DNA of 32,000 nucleotides from the NCBI RefSeq assembly GCF_001457615.1, contig NZ_LN831024.1, forward strand, positions 1,230,001-1,262,000. Direction: 5' to 3'. This document shows, piece after piece, positions 8,285 to 16,625 of this stretch. The notes under the pieces were generated by a model that saw nothing but the letters and a program-made list of their open reading frames with translations, was not told the DNA's origin and made no database searches. Source of the DNA: Pseudomonas aeruginosa. Its GTDB lineage: Bacteria; Pseudomonadota; Gammaproteobacteria; Pseudomonadales; Pseudomonadaceae. Position 1 is the first letter of the stretch. Each line of letters starts with the position of its first letter. Made by a program: the position numbers and the translations under genes.

Positions 8285-9700
8285 ATGCAATCGAACGAAA
8301 AGAACGGCCGTGACTTCTACGCGCTGGCCTGGCGCTGGCATTTCTACGCTGGCCTGTTCGTCGCGCCCTTCATGATCCTGCTGGCGCTGACCGGAATCGT
8401 CTACCTGTTCAAGCCGCAACTGGATGCGCTGCTCTATCCGCAACTGCTGCGGGTCGAGGCCGGTGCGCAGATGCGCAGCGCCGACCAGTTGCTCGCCGGG
8501 GTGCGCCAGGCGCACCCGCAGGCCGCCGTCAGCCAGTACCTGCCGCCGAGCGAGGCGGGGCGCAGCGCGCAATTCGTGATTGGCGAAGAGGGCAGGCAAT
8601 GGAACCTCTTCGTCGATCCCTACAGCGGGCGCGAACTCGGCCGCCAGGATGCGCAGCTGAATCTCCAGGCGGTGGCCCGGGCACTGCATGGCGAGCTGAT
8701 GGTCGGGACCGTCGGCGACCGGCTGATCGAGCTGGCCGCCGGCTGGGGCATCGTCCTGGTGGTCTCCGGTCTCTACCTATGGTGGCCGCGCGGGCGGGCG
8801 GCGAGCGCGCTGTTCTGGCCGCGCCTGCACCTGCGCGGACGACCGCTGTGGCGCGAGCTACATGTGCTCGCCGGTTTCTGGGGCAGCCTGCTGTTGCTCT
8901 TCATGCTGCTCAGCGGGATGACCTGGACCGGCTACTGGGGCAAGCAGTTCGCCGATGTCTGGAACCGTTTCCCGGCGGCGATGTGGAACGATGTGCCGAC
9001 CTCCGACATGCAGGCCGGTAGCCTCAACAGCGCGTCGCGCCAGCAGGTGCCCTGGCCGCTGGAGAACACTCCGCTGCCGCGCTCGCAGCCGCCGGCGGCC
9101 GACGCCCATGCCGAGCATCGCGGGCATTCCGCCCAGGCCGGGCACGCGATGCCGATGGACATGCCGATGCCGGCGGGCATCCCTCTGCAAAGGGTGGTGG
9201 ATATCGCCCGCGAGCGCGGCGTGGCGGCGGGCTACGGGATCGCCCTGCCGAGCGGGATGGAGGGGGTCTACACGATTTCCGTGTTCCCCGACGATCCGCG
9301 CCACGACGCCACCCTGCACATCGACCAGTACAGCGGCAAGGTTCTCGCCGACGTGCGTTGGCAGGACTACAACGCGGTGGCGAGGAGCGTGCAGATGGGC
9401 GTCGTGCTGCACGAAGGCAAGCTCTTCGGCCTCGGCAACCAGTTGCTGATGCTCGCGGTCTGCCTGGCGATCCTGCTCAGCTCGGCGAGCGGCCTGTGGA
9501 TCTGGTGGAAGCGCAAGCCGGCCGGACGCCTTGGCGTGCCGCCGCTGCGCCACGAGCTGCCGCGCTGGAAGAGCGGCATCGCCATCATGCTGGCGCTGGG
9601 CGTGGCCTTCCCGTTGGTGGGGGCCTCGCTCCTGCTGGTCTGGGCGCTGGACTGGCTGGTGCTGTCGCGGCTGCCGGCGGTTCGCCGGGTCCTGGCTTGA
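8285..9700 (+). CDS. PepSY-associated TM-helix protein (471 aa)
   Basis: GAGGTG RBS. N-terminal WRWHFYAGLF motif, 4 or more TM segments, large periplasmic portions, and a HAEHRGHSAQAGHAMPMDMPMPAG tract. 64 nt downstream of oprC. Confidence 0.8.
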   Translation: MQSNEKNGRDFYALAWRWHFYAGLFVAPFMILLALTGIVYLFKPQLDALLYPQLLRVEAGAQMRSADQLLAGVRQAHPQAAVSQYLPPSEAGRSAQFVIGEEGRQWNLFVDPYSGRELGRQDAQLNLQAVARALHGELMVGTVGDRLIELAAGWGIVLVVSGLYLWWPRGRAASALFWPRLHLRGRPLWRELHVLAGFWGSLLLLFMLLSGMTWTGYWGKQFADVWNRFPAAMWNDVPTSDMQAGSLNSASRQQVPWPLENTPLPRSQPPAADAHAEHRGHSAQAGHAMPMDMPMPAGIPLQRVVDIARERGVAAGYGIALPSGMEGVYTISVFPDDPRHDATLHIDQYSGKVLADVRWQDYNAVARSVQMGVVLHEGKLFGLGNQLLMLAVCLAILLSSASGLWIWWKRKPAGRLGVPPLRHELPRWKSGIAIMLALGVAFPLVGASLLLVWALDWLVLSRLPAVRRVLA

Positions 9701-9717
9701 GACCTGCTGCCCGGCGC

Positions 9718-10113
9718 TCAGTCGAGGTCGAGCTGGCGGGTCTTCCAGAGTGCCGCCAGCAACAGCACGCAGAGCAGCGCCTCGGCGCCGAGCCAGAGGA
9801 AGGTGGTTAGCGCCGGCGAGGCGTCGATCAGCACACCGTAGAGACGCGCCGCGCCGCCGCTGGCGATCACCGCCAGGGCGGCGAGCAGGCCGAGCACCAG
9901 GTAGCGGGGGCGCAGGGCGGCATAGCCGAGCAGCAGGCCGATGCCGAAGCTGGTGCCGCCGTAGCTGGCGCGCAGGTCGGTGAGGGCGGCGGGGGTGAGC
10001 GGTTCGCCGCTGGTGAGCAGGGAGGCGAGCGGGCCGGGGAAGAAGACGAAGCCCAGGCCGAGGACCACGAACAGTGCCGAGCACAGCCAGAGCAGGCGAA
10101 GCGGGTGAGTCAT
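9718..10113 (-). CDS. DUF4345-like small membrane protein (131 aa)
   Basis: Start chosen at MTHPLRLLWL (GGGAGA RBS 5 nt upstream). The longer start at 10146 would fall inside a hairpin. Four hydrophobic spans and a SYGGTSFGIG motif. Confidence 0.7.
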   Translation of the reverse strand: MTHPLRLLWLCSALFVVLGLGFVFFPGPLASLLTSGEPLTPAALTDLRASYGGTSFGIGLLLGYAALRPRYLVLGLLAALAVIASGGAARLYGVLIDASPALTTFLWLGAEALLCVLLLAALWKTRQLDLD

Positions 10114-10137
10114 GCGGTGTCTCCCTTGGTCATGAAA

Positions 10138-10157
10138 GGGGCGCATCGACGCGCCCC
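10138..10157 (-). terminator. Hairpin between the M23 peptidase gene and the DUF4345-like gene
   Basis: GGGGCGC (10138-10144) and GCGCCCC (10151-10157), 7-bp stem, 6-nt loop. On the minus strand it is followed by TTTCAT. Confidence 0.35.
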
Positions 10158-10198
10158 CTGTTCCTTCTGACCTCAGCCGGTGCCGCGTTGCTCACTTC

Positions 10199-11047
10199 TC
10201 AGGGCTGGAAGGCACCGATGAAGATTGCCGGGTCGACTCGCGCGTCGTTCAGGCTGACGTTCCAGTGCATGTGCGGTCCGGTGGCCCTGCCGGTGGCGCC
10301 GACCTTGCCGAGTACACCGCCGCGCGGCACCTGCTGGCCGAGCTTCACGTCGATCTTCGACAGGTGGCAGAACATGCTGATGAAGCCCTGGCCATGGTCG
10401 ACGAACACCGTCTTGCCATTGAAGAAGTAGTCGCCGATGAGGATCACCTTGCCGGCCGCTGGCGCCTTGATCGGCGTACCGGCCGGTACCGCGAAGTCTA
10501 GACCGGAATGCGGGTTGCGCTCTTCGCCGTTGAAGAAGCGGCGCAGGCCGAAGGGGCTGGAGAGCGGACCGTCGACCGGCTTGTCGAGCATCAGGTTGCT
10601 GGGCAGGCCGGGACTGAAGCGGCGGTAGGCGGCGGTCTGCTCGGCGAGTTCGCGTTCGATGCGCTTGAGGTCTTCCGGCAGCGGATTGACCTGGCGCTTG
10701 TTCTTCAGGGTGATGCGCTGCTCGCGGTAGTGCTTGCTGCCGACGCTGAAGCGTTCCTCGTGGTTGCCGGTCGCCGCTCGCACTTCCAGCTTCTGCGGGC
10801 CGGGCTTGGTGCTCAGCGGGATGCCGACCACGGCGATCCAGCGGCGGCCTTCCTCGCGCACCACCAGCACCGGCTTGCCCTGGTAGAAGGCCCGCGGCGG
10901 CGGGCCTTCCTCGCCGAGGTCGACCACCGCCACCCCGCCGGGCACCGGCTTGTTCAGCAGGCGCATGATGAAGCTGTCGGCCTGGGCGGGCAGGGCGCAG
11001 AAAGCGGCGAGCAACAGCGTGGAAACGAAGGCTAGGGTGCGGGGCAT
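10199..11047 (-). CDS. M23 (LytM-type) family metallopeptidase, secreted (282 aa)
   Basis: Start at MPRTLAFVSTLLLAAFCALPAQA (signal peptide) rather than the upstream ATG at 11146. Motifs HSGLDFAVPAGTPI and GPHMHWNV (HxxxD and HxH). Confidence 0.88.
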   Translation of the reverse strand: MPRTLAFVSTLLLAAFCALPAQADSFIMRLLNKPVPGGVAVVDLGEEGPPPRAFYQGKPVLVVREEGRRWIAVVGIPLSTKPGPQKLEVRAATGNHEERFSVGSKHYREQRITLKNKRQVNPLPEDLKRIERELAEQTAAYRRFSPGLPSNLMLDKPVDGPLSSPFGLRRFFNGEERNPHSGLDFAVPAGTPIKAPAAGKVILIGDYFFNGKTVFVDHGQGFISMFCHLSKIDVKLGQQVPRGGVLGKVGATGRATGPHMHWNVSLNDARVDPAIFIGAFQP

Positions 11048-11218
11048 CGGCTTCTCGACTCGTCGGGCGTCAAAGCCGTCTATGCTGGCGGAAGAGCGCG
11101 GCGGGGGAAAGCCCGCAAGGGTTGCAAACGTTTTCACCTGCGGCACTCTGTCGCGCCCGGCGTTTTTACTTTTGCCCCGCGCTCAGGCATAAAGGGCCCA
11201 TTCTCCGGAGAACCGACG

Positions 11219-11608
11219 ATGCCCCTGTCCCGGCGCCCCGTGGCCTGGCTGGCCAGCCTGGCCGTGCTGATGAACCTGTTCGTGGTGCCGCTTTCGCAGG
11301 CGCTGACGACGCAGGAGCGCGCCTCGTTGCTGCTCGGTGGCTTCTGCAGCACCTCGTCCGATTCGCTGCTGCGCCTGAAGCTGGGTGCCGCGCTCAAGGA
11401 CATCGATCTTCCCGACGACCACGAGAGCCTGGCCCCGCACCTCTGCTGCTGCGCCGGCGCCGCCGGCACGCCCGGACTGGTCGCCTCCTGGCCGGCATTG
11501 CCGCTGGCGCCGCTGGCCAGCCCTGCCCGTAACGCCTTCTCCGCCACCGACCTGCCTCCCCTGCGCTATTGGCGCCTCGCCAATCCGCGCGCCTCTCCTG
11601 TCGCCTGA
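11219..11608 (+). CDS. DUF2946-like small secreted protein (129 aa)
   Basis: GGAGAA RBS. Signal-like VAWLASLAVLMNLFVVPLSQA. Cys cluster HLCCCAG. Located upstream of a PCuAC gene. Family call from memory. Confidence 0.6.
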   Translation: MPLSRRPVAWLASLAVLMNLFVVPLSQALTTQERASLLLGGFCSTSSDSLLRLKLGAALKDIDLPDDHESLAPHLCCCAGAAGTPGLVASWPALPLAPLASPARNAFSATDLPPLRYWRLANPRASPVA

Positions 11609-11737
11609 CTCCTCCCCCGCGCCTTCGACAACCTGGACCTTCGGGTCGGGGCAGGTCGCGGCGCAATACCCTAGCTTCCCCCCTGGAATCGCCGGTCCGA
11701 CGGAAAAAGACCGGTCATACGCTACTGGAGAGTCACC

Positions 11738-12214
11738 ATGCGCACATCCTTCTTCGCTGCCGCGGCCCTGCTGGCCGTTTCCGCTTTCGCCCAGGCCCAC
11801 GAGTACAGCGCCGGCCAACTGCACATCGAGCATCCCTGGGCGCTGGCCCTGCCGCCGACCTCGCCGAACGGCGCGGCCTACTTCGTGGTGCAGAACCATG
11901 GCAAGGAAAACGACACCCTGCTTGGCGCCGACACGCCGCGCGCGGCTTCCGCCGAGGTGCACGAGCATGTGCACAAGAACGGCATGATGAGCATGCAGAA
12001 AGTCGACAGCGTCGACGTCGCACCAGGCAAGGACCTGCGCTTCGCTCCCGGCGGCTACCACCTGATGCTGATGGGCCTGAAGCAGCCACTGGTGGCCGGC
12101 GAGCGCTTCCCGCTGACGCTGCATTTCCGCAAGGCCGGCGACGTGCCGGTGGAAATCGTCGTCGAGTCCAAGGCGCCGGCCGAACAGGGCGGGCACGAGC
12201 AGCACGGCCACTGA
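11738..12214 (+). CDS. Periplasmic copper chaperone PCu(A)C (DUF461), 158 aa
   Basis: GGAGAG RBS and signal peptide MRTSFFAAAALLAVSAFA. Motifs HEYSAGQLHIEHPW...YFVVQNHG...HEHVHKNGMMSMQKV. His-rich tail GGHEQHGH. Confidence 0.85.
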   Translation: MRTSFFAAAALLAVSAFAQAHEYSAGQLHIEHPWALALPPTSPNGAAYFVVQNHGKENDTLLGADTPRAASAEVHEHVHKNGMMSMQKVDSVDVAPGKDLRFAPGGYHLMLMGLKQPLVAGERFPLTLHFRKAGDVPVEIVVESKAPAEQGGHEQHGH

Positions 12215-12270
12215 GCGCCGTGTCGAGCAGGGGCGCCCGGCGCCCCGCCTTTGCGTGCGAGGTTCAGAGC

Positions 12271-12843
12271 ATGAACAGCAACAGATATCCCTTGCCGGCG
12301 CAGACCGGCCTGGTGGTGGCTCCCGGCCTGCCGCCGAAGAACTCCACCCTGCGTCCGGACCAGCTCAACAAGCGCCTGAGCAGCGCCTGGCACCATCTCT
12401 ACGACCTTTGCCCGGAACTGCTGAAGATCGATCCGCCGGATGGCCTGACCATCCTCCGCGGTTTCCTGCAATGGGCGGCCGAGCAGAAGGCCGCCTGGAA
12501 CTGGGCGATGCACCTGCGCCTGTACTGCTGGCTGTTGCAGTCGCCGTTCGGCGCCAAGGTGACCGACGAGCATCTGGAGGTGCTGATGGACGCCTCCGCC
12601 GCGCGTTGGACGGTGGACGACACCAGCGCCAACCGCGGCATCCTCCTGGCCAGCCAGGGCGGTGCGCACATCACCCAGGACTGGAAGGCGCCGCAGGCCG
12701 GCGCCGGCACGCGTGTGCCGCTGGAGCGCCTGGACCTGCCGGCGCCGAACTGGACATTCGCCTATTGCGCGGTGCCCGATCCGCGGCTGCGCGAGTTCCC
12801 GGGCTGGAAGCCGTTGCCGGCGCGCGGCTCGCTGGTCGGCTGA
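12271..12843 (+). CDS. Hypothetical protein (190 aa), no recognised domain
   Basis: ATG 12271 within the 11569..12843 frame (the upstream part overlaps PCuAC and is an artefact). GAGG lies about 12 nt upstream. High GC3, Trp-rich, no signal peptide. Confidence 0.65.
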   Translation: MNSNRYPLPAQTGLVVAPGLPPKNSTLRPDQLNKRLSSAWHHLYDLCPELLKIDPPDGLTILRGFLQWAAEQKAAWNWAMHLRLYCWLLQSPFGAKVTDEHLEVLMDASAARWTVDDTSANRGILLASQGGAHITQDWKAPQAGAGTRVPLERLDLPAPNWTFAYCAVPDPRLREFPGWKPLPARGSLVG

Positions 12844-12848
12844 GCGCT

Positions 12849-12879
12849 CGCCGCCCCGCGTGGGGGGGCGGCGCCGTTT
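12849..12879 (+). terminator. GC-rich hairpin between convergent genes
   Basis: CGCCGCCCC (12849-12857) and GGGGCGGCG (12865-12873), followed by CCGTTTC. Confidence 0.45.
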
Positions 12880-13508
12880 CAGCGGTTGGCCAGGGCTCGC
12901 TGGTTGGAGTCGTAGATGTTGTCGCGTTCCGGAACGTGCCGGCCGGCGAGGCTTTCCAGCCACTCCTCGGTGCTGAGCACGGCGGCGAAGGAGGACTGCA
13001 GGACGATGCCGAAGATCCGGTGGATCTCTTCCGCGCTGGCCTGGCCGGCGCGGTTGCGGTAGGGCACCGAGCCGCTGGCGTCGTGCAGGTATTCCACCTG
13101 CCAGCCTTCGTGGATCGCCTGGCGGATGGTCGAGTCGTCGCAGTGCTGGGTCATGTAGCCGACCACGGCGAGGGTGTCGATGTCGCGCTCGCGCAGCCAG
13201 TCGGCCAGCCCGGTGCCGACGAAGGAACTGGCCAGTTGCTTTTCCACCTTGTGCTGGTAGGGCCGCGAGGCGACCACCTCGTGCAGCTCGGCCTGCCGGC
13301 TGCCGCGCGCGAACAACGGCGAGTCCGCCGGTGCCAGGTGCTGCACCACGACGATCGGGATGCCCGCCGCGTGGGCGGCATCCATGGCGGCGCCGATGCG
13401 TTCCAGCGACGATTGGATGGCGGGAAATTCGATACGCAGGTTGCCGCTGACGTATTCGTTCTGTACGTCGATGACCAGCAAGGCGCGTTTGGGTTGACGT
13501 GCGGGCAT
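12879..13508 (-). CDS. Isochorismatase-family cysteine hydrolase (209 aa)
   Basis: GGAGGAAACGCC-ATG at 13508. ALLVIDVQNEY and VVGYMTQHCDDSTIR (D/K/C triad context). The 763-aa track ORF is an N-terminal artefact. Confidence 0.88.
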   Translation of the reverse strand: MPARQPKRALLVIDVQNEYVSGNLRIEFPAIQSSLERIGAAMDAAHAAGIPIVVVQHLAPADSPLFARGSRQAELHEVVASRPYQHKVEKQLASSFVGTGLADWLRERDIDTLAVVGYMTQHCDDSTIRQAIHEGWQVEYLHDASGSVPYRNRAGQASAEEIHRIFGIVLQSSFAAVLSTEEWLESLAGRHVPERDNIYDSNQRALANR

Positions 13509-13628
13509 GGCGTTTCCTCCTGAGTGGGTGAGGCAGATTCTGGTCCCGGCGCGGCGTAGCGAGTGAGTGGCCTGAGAGACAACTTTCGCTAGAATCGGGC
13601 CAACCCGCTCATACCCACCGAGGTGTGC

Positions 13629-14582
13629 ATGTCCCGCCAGTCCGTGGCCGTGGTGGCCTTCGACCGCATCAGTCCGTTCCACCTGTCGGTGCCCTGCCTG
13701 GTGTTCGGCCAGGAGTGCTACGACCCCTGCGCGCAGGCCTTCGACCTGCGTGTCTGCACCGCCGAGCCGGGCCGGCTGCGAACCACGGTGGGGTTCACCA
13801 TCGAGGCCGAGGCCGGGCTGGAAGCGCTGGCCGAGGCGCAGACCGTGATCGTGCCGAGCTGGCGCGATCCACACGAGCGTCCGCCACAAGCGCTGCTGGA
13901 TGCGTTGATCGCGGCCCGTGCACGCGGTGCGCAACTGGTGGGCTTGTGCCTGGGGGCCTTCGTGCTGGCCGAGGCCGGGTTGCTCGACGGTCGCCGCGCC
14001 ACCACCCACTGGATGTGGGCGGAGGATTTCGCCGGGCGCTTCCCTGCGGTGCGGGTGGAGCCCGACGTGCTGTACATCGAGGACGACGGCCTGCTGACCT
14101 CGGCAGGCACCGTCGCCGGCATCGACTGCTGTCTGCACCTGGTCCGCCAGCGGCTCGGTGCGCAGACTACCAATCACCTGGCCCGGCGCCTGGTGGTGGC
14201 GCCGCATCGACAGGGCGGCCAGGCCCAGTTCATCGAGCAGCCGCTGCCGGACAGTGCCCAGGACGGCCGTCTCGGCGAGCTGCTGGTGTGGCTGCGGCAG
14301 AACCTCGACCAGGCGCACAGCCTGGACAGCCTGGCACAGCGGGTGCTGATGAGCCGGCGGACCTTCACCCGGCATTTCCGCCAGCTCACCGGCACCACCG
14401 TCAGCCAGTGGCTGCAGGCCGAACGCCTGGCCCTGGCCCAGCGCCTGCTGGAAACCACCGAGCATTCGGTGCAGGCGATCGCCGGGCTGGCCGGCTTCGG
14501 TTCGGCGGTGTCGTTGCGCCAGCAGTTCTCCGCCGCGTTCGGCCTGCCGCCGCTGGGCTACCGGCGCGCCTTCGCCTCCTAG
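13629..14582 (+). CDS. GlxA-type AraC-family transcriptional regulator (DJ-1/PfpI-like N-domain + HTH)
   Basis: MSRQSVAVVAFDRISPFHLSVP... N-domain. C-terminal HSLDSLAQRVLMSRRTFTRHFRQLTG...AGFGSAVSLRQQF. Divergent from the isochorismatase gene. The start could be GTG 13623. Confidence 0.88.
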   Translation: MSRQSVAVVAFDRISPFHLSVPCLVFGQECYDPCAQAFDLRVCTAEPGRLRTTVGFTIEAEAGLEALAEAQTVIVPSWRDPHERPPQALLDALIAARARGAQLVGLCLGAFVLAEAGLLDGRRATTHWMWAEDFAGRFPAVRVEPDVLYIEDDGLLTSAGTVAGIDCCLHLVRQRLGAQTTNHLARRLVVAPHRQGGQAQFIEQPLPDSAQDGRLGELLVWLRQNLDQAHSLDSLAQRVLMSRRTFTRHFRQLTGTTVSQWLQAERLALAQRLLETTEHSVQAIAGLAGFGSAVSLRQQFSAAFGLPPLGYRRAFAS

Positions 14583-15340
14583 TCCGCCGGAGGGCGCTTC
14601 TGCAACTGCTGGCGCCAGAGCGCGTCCATCGCCTGCAACTGCACCGGGCCGAACAGCGCCTGCGTCGCGCCGGTGTGCCAGGCCCAGAGCTGGTCGCCGA
14701 AATCGTAGTGCCACCATTCGCTGGGCAGGTTGCTGAAACCGGCGTCGAGCATCGCGTGATAGAGCAGGCGACGGTGATCGCGGACGCGTCGCTGGCGCGT
14801 GTCGGGCTCCGCCAGGCGTTCGAAGTAGGCGGTGTAGGAGGCCGGAACGGCTTCGTCGAAGGCGCTGCCCATGTCCAGCCAGCGGCCCTGGGCGTCGCAC
14901 AGGGTGACGTCCACCGCGCCGCCGGTGAGATGCGGGCTGGGCGCCTCGCGGCTGCTGCTCGGCGGCGAGACGAACTGGCGGGTGAGCCGTTCCAGCTCGG
15001 CCTCGCCGGCCCGTGGGTAGTGCGCGGCCAGGGCGCTGGACAGGCTGTCGTAGAGATACTGCTGCACGGCGAACGGCCGCCAGGCGTCCAGCACCACCAG
15101 GCGCACGCCGCCGGGGAGGGCGGCGGCGACCCGCAGGAGACGCTCGAAGACCTCGCCGCGAGCGTGGCACTCCGGGATCGCGTGAGGAATGCCGAGCTTG
15201 TGGTAGGCCGGCCAGACGCTGAACTCGCGGCTCAGCCCGAGCGCCTCCAGCGGCGTGCCGGCATCGACGATGGGGATGCCGGCCACGGCGTGCCAGTCGG
15301 GCTCCGGGAGAACGGGGATGGCTTGGGTGAAGTCGGTCAT
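14579..15340 (-). CDS. M15-family D-Ala-D-Ala dipeptidase-like (VanX/DdpX-type) metallopeptidase, 253 aa, cytoplasmic
   Basis: SPHLTGGAVDV (SxHxxGxAxD) and SEWWHYD (ExxH) motifs. No signal peptide. The ATG lies 4 nt after the dctM-type stop codon. Confidence 0.8.
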   Translation of the reverse strand: MTDFTQAIPVLPEPDWHAVAGIPIVDAGTPLEALGLSREFSVWPAYHKLGIPHAIPECHARGEVFERLLRVAAALPGGVRLVVLDAWRPFAVQQYLYDSLSSALAAHYPRAGEAELERLTRQFVSPPSSSREAPSPHLTGGAVDVTLCDAQGRWLDMGSAFDEAVPASYTAYFERLAEPDTRQRRVRDHRRLLYHAMLDAGFSNLPSEWWHYDFGDQLWAWHTGATQALFGPVQLQAMDALWRQQLQKRPPAD

Positions 15341-15344
15341 GGCG

Positions 15345-16625
15345 TCAATTGAGCAGGCGTGGCAGCCACAGGGTCAGGGACGGGAACAGGATCAGCAGCG
15401 ACAGCACCCCCAGGGCCACGAGGATGAGCGGCCAGATACCCTTGAACATTTCCAGGATATCGAGGCGGCTGATGGTCGCCACGATGAACAGGCAGGCGCC
15501 CATTGGCGGGGTGATCAGGGCGATGGTGATGTTCAGGGTGAAGATCAGCCCCAGGTGCACCGGATCCACGCCGGCGGCCAGCGCCACCGGAGCGACTATC
15601 GGCGTCAGCAGCATCAGTACCGAGACTTCTTCCATGAGCATGCCGCAGACGAAGATCACTGCGCTGATGATGAACAGCATCAGGGTCGGCGAGTGGCCGA
15701 ACGGCTCCAGCAACTGGGCGAACTCGCTGGCGACCTGGGCGTAGTTGAGCAACCAGTTGACCACCGAAGCGGCGGCGATGATCACGTAGATGCTGGCGGT
15801 CAGGCGTACCGTCTCGCGCAGCGAGTTCCACAGCCCGACCAGGCTCAGTTGGCGCTGGAGCAGACCGACCAGCGCCACGTAGAGAGCGATCAAGGCGCCC
15901 GACTCGGTGGGCGTGACCAGTCCCAGGACGATTCCGGCGACGATGATCACCGGCGCGATCAGCGCGGTCAGGGCGCCGGACAGCGCCGCCAGGATCTCGC
16001 CCCAGGCCGGCGCCGCATGGCGCGCCTGCAGCCCGTTGCGGTAGGCGTACACCGCGTTCAGCAGCATGAAGGCGGCGGCCAGCAGCAGGCCGGGAATCAC
16101 CCCGGCGAGGAACAGCTCGCCCACCGAGGTGTTGGTCAGCGAGGAATAGAGGATCATGAAGATGCTCGGCGGGATGATCGGACCGATCAGCGAGCTGCCT
16201 GCGGTCAGCCCGGCGGCGAAGCGCCGCGAGTAGCCTTCCTTTTCCATGGCCGGCACCAGCAGGGTGCTGAGTGCCGAAGCGTCGGCCGCGGCGGACCCGT
16301 TGACCCCGGCGAAGAACACCCCGGCGACCACGTTGACGTGGCCGAGGCCGCCGCGGAAGTGGCCGACCAGGGCGTTGGCCAGGCGCATCAGGCGCGGGGT
16401 CATGCCGGAATGGTTCATCAGGTTGCCGGCCAGCACGAACAGCGGGATCGCCATCAGCGAGAAGATGTCCATGCCGCCGAAGAAGCGCTGCGGCAGGGTG
16501 TTGGCGAACAGCGCCGGGTCGACGAAGAGGAACCCCACCAGCGCGGTGAGCAGCAGGCAGAGGAACAGCGGCAGGCCGAGCAGGAGGTTGACCACGAAGG
16601 CTGCGATCATGGCGATGGCCATCAT
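15345..16625 (-). CDS. TRAP transporter large permease (DctM family), 426 aa
   Basis: Start at MMAIAMIAAFVVNLL (ATGA overlap with the upstream small-permease stop). Polytopic membrane protein of typical DctM length. Confidence 0.9.
   Translation of the reverse strand: MMAIAMIAAFVVNLLLGLPLFLCLLLTALVGFLFVDPALFANTLPQRFFGGMDIFSLMAIPLFVLAGNLMNHSGMTPRLMRLANALVGHFRGGLGHVNVVAGVFFAGVNGSAAADASALSTLLVPAMEKEGYSRRFAAGLTAGSSLIGPIIPPSIFMILYSSLTNTSVGELFLAGVIPGLLLAAAFMLLNAVYAYRNGLQARHAAPAWGEILAALSGALTALIAPVIIVAGIVLGLVTPTESGALIALYVALVGLLQRQLSLVGLWNSLRETVRLTASIYVIIAAASVVNWLLNYAQVASEFAQLLEPFGHSPTLMLFIISAVIFVCGMLMEEVSVLMLLTPIVAPVALAAGVDPVHLGLIFTLNITIALITPPMGACLFIVATISRLDILEMFKGIWPLILVALGVLSLLILFPSLTLWLPRLLN

Noticed and set aside
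6217-8286. 689-aa minus-strand ORF
   Set aside because: Antisense to oprC, whose identity is supported by receptor architecture and the C/M/H/M copper site. The antisense product is low-complexity.
11569-12270. N-terminal 234 codons of the 424-aa plus-strand ORF
   Set aside because: This part overlaps the PCu(A)C gene in a different frame and is Arg-rich. Only the part from ATG 12271 is called as a gene.
12879-15170. 763-aa minus-strand ORF
   Set aside because: Only the last 209 codons (from ATG 13508, with a GGAGG RBS) look like a protein (isochorismatase family). The upstream 550 codons are Arg/Pro/Ala-rich and overlap the AraC-type and M15 genes.
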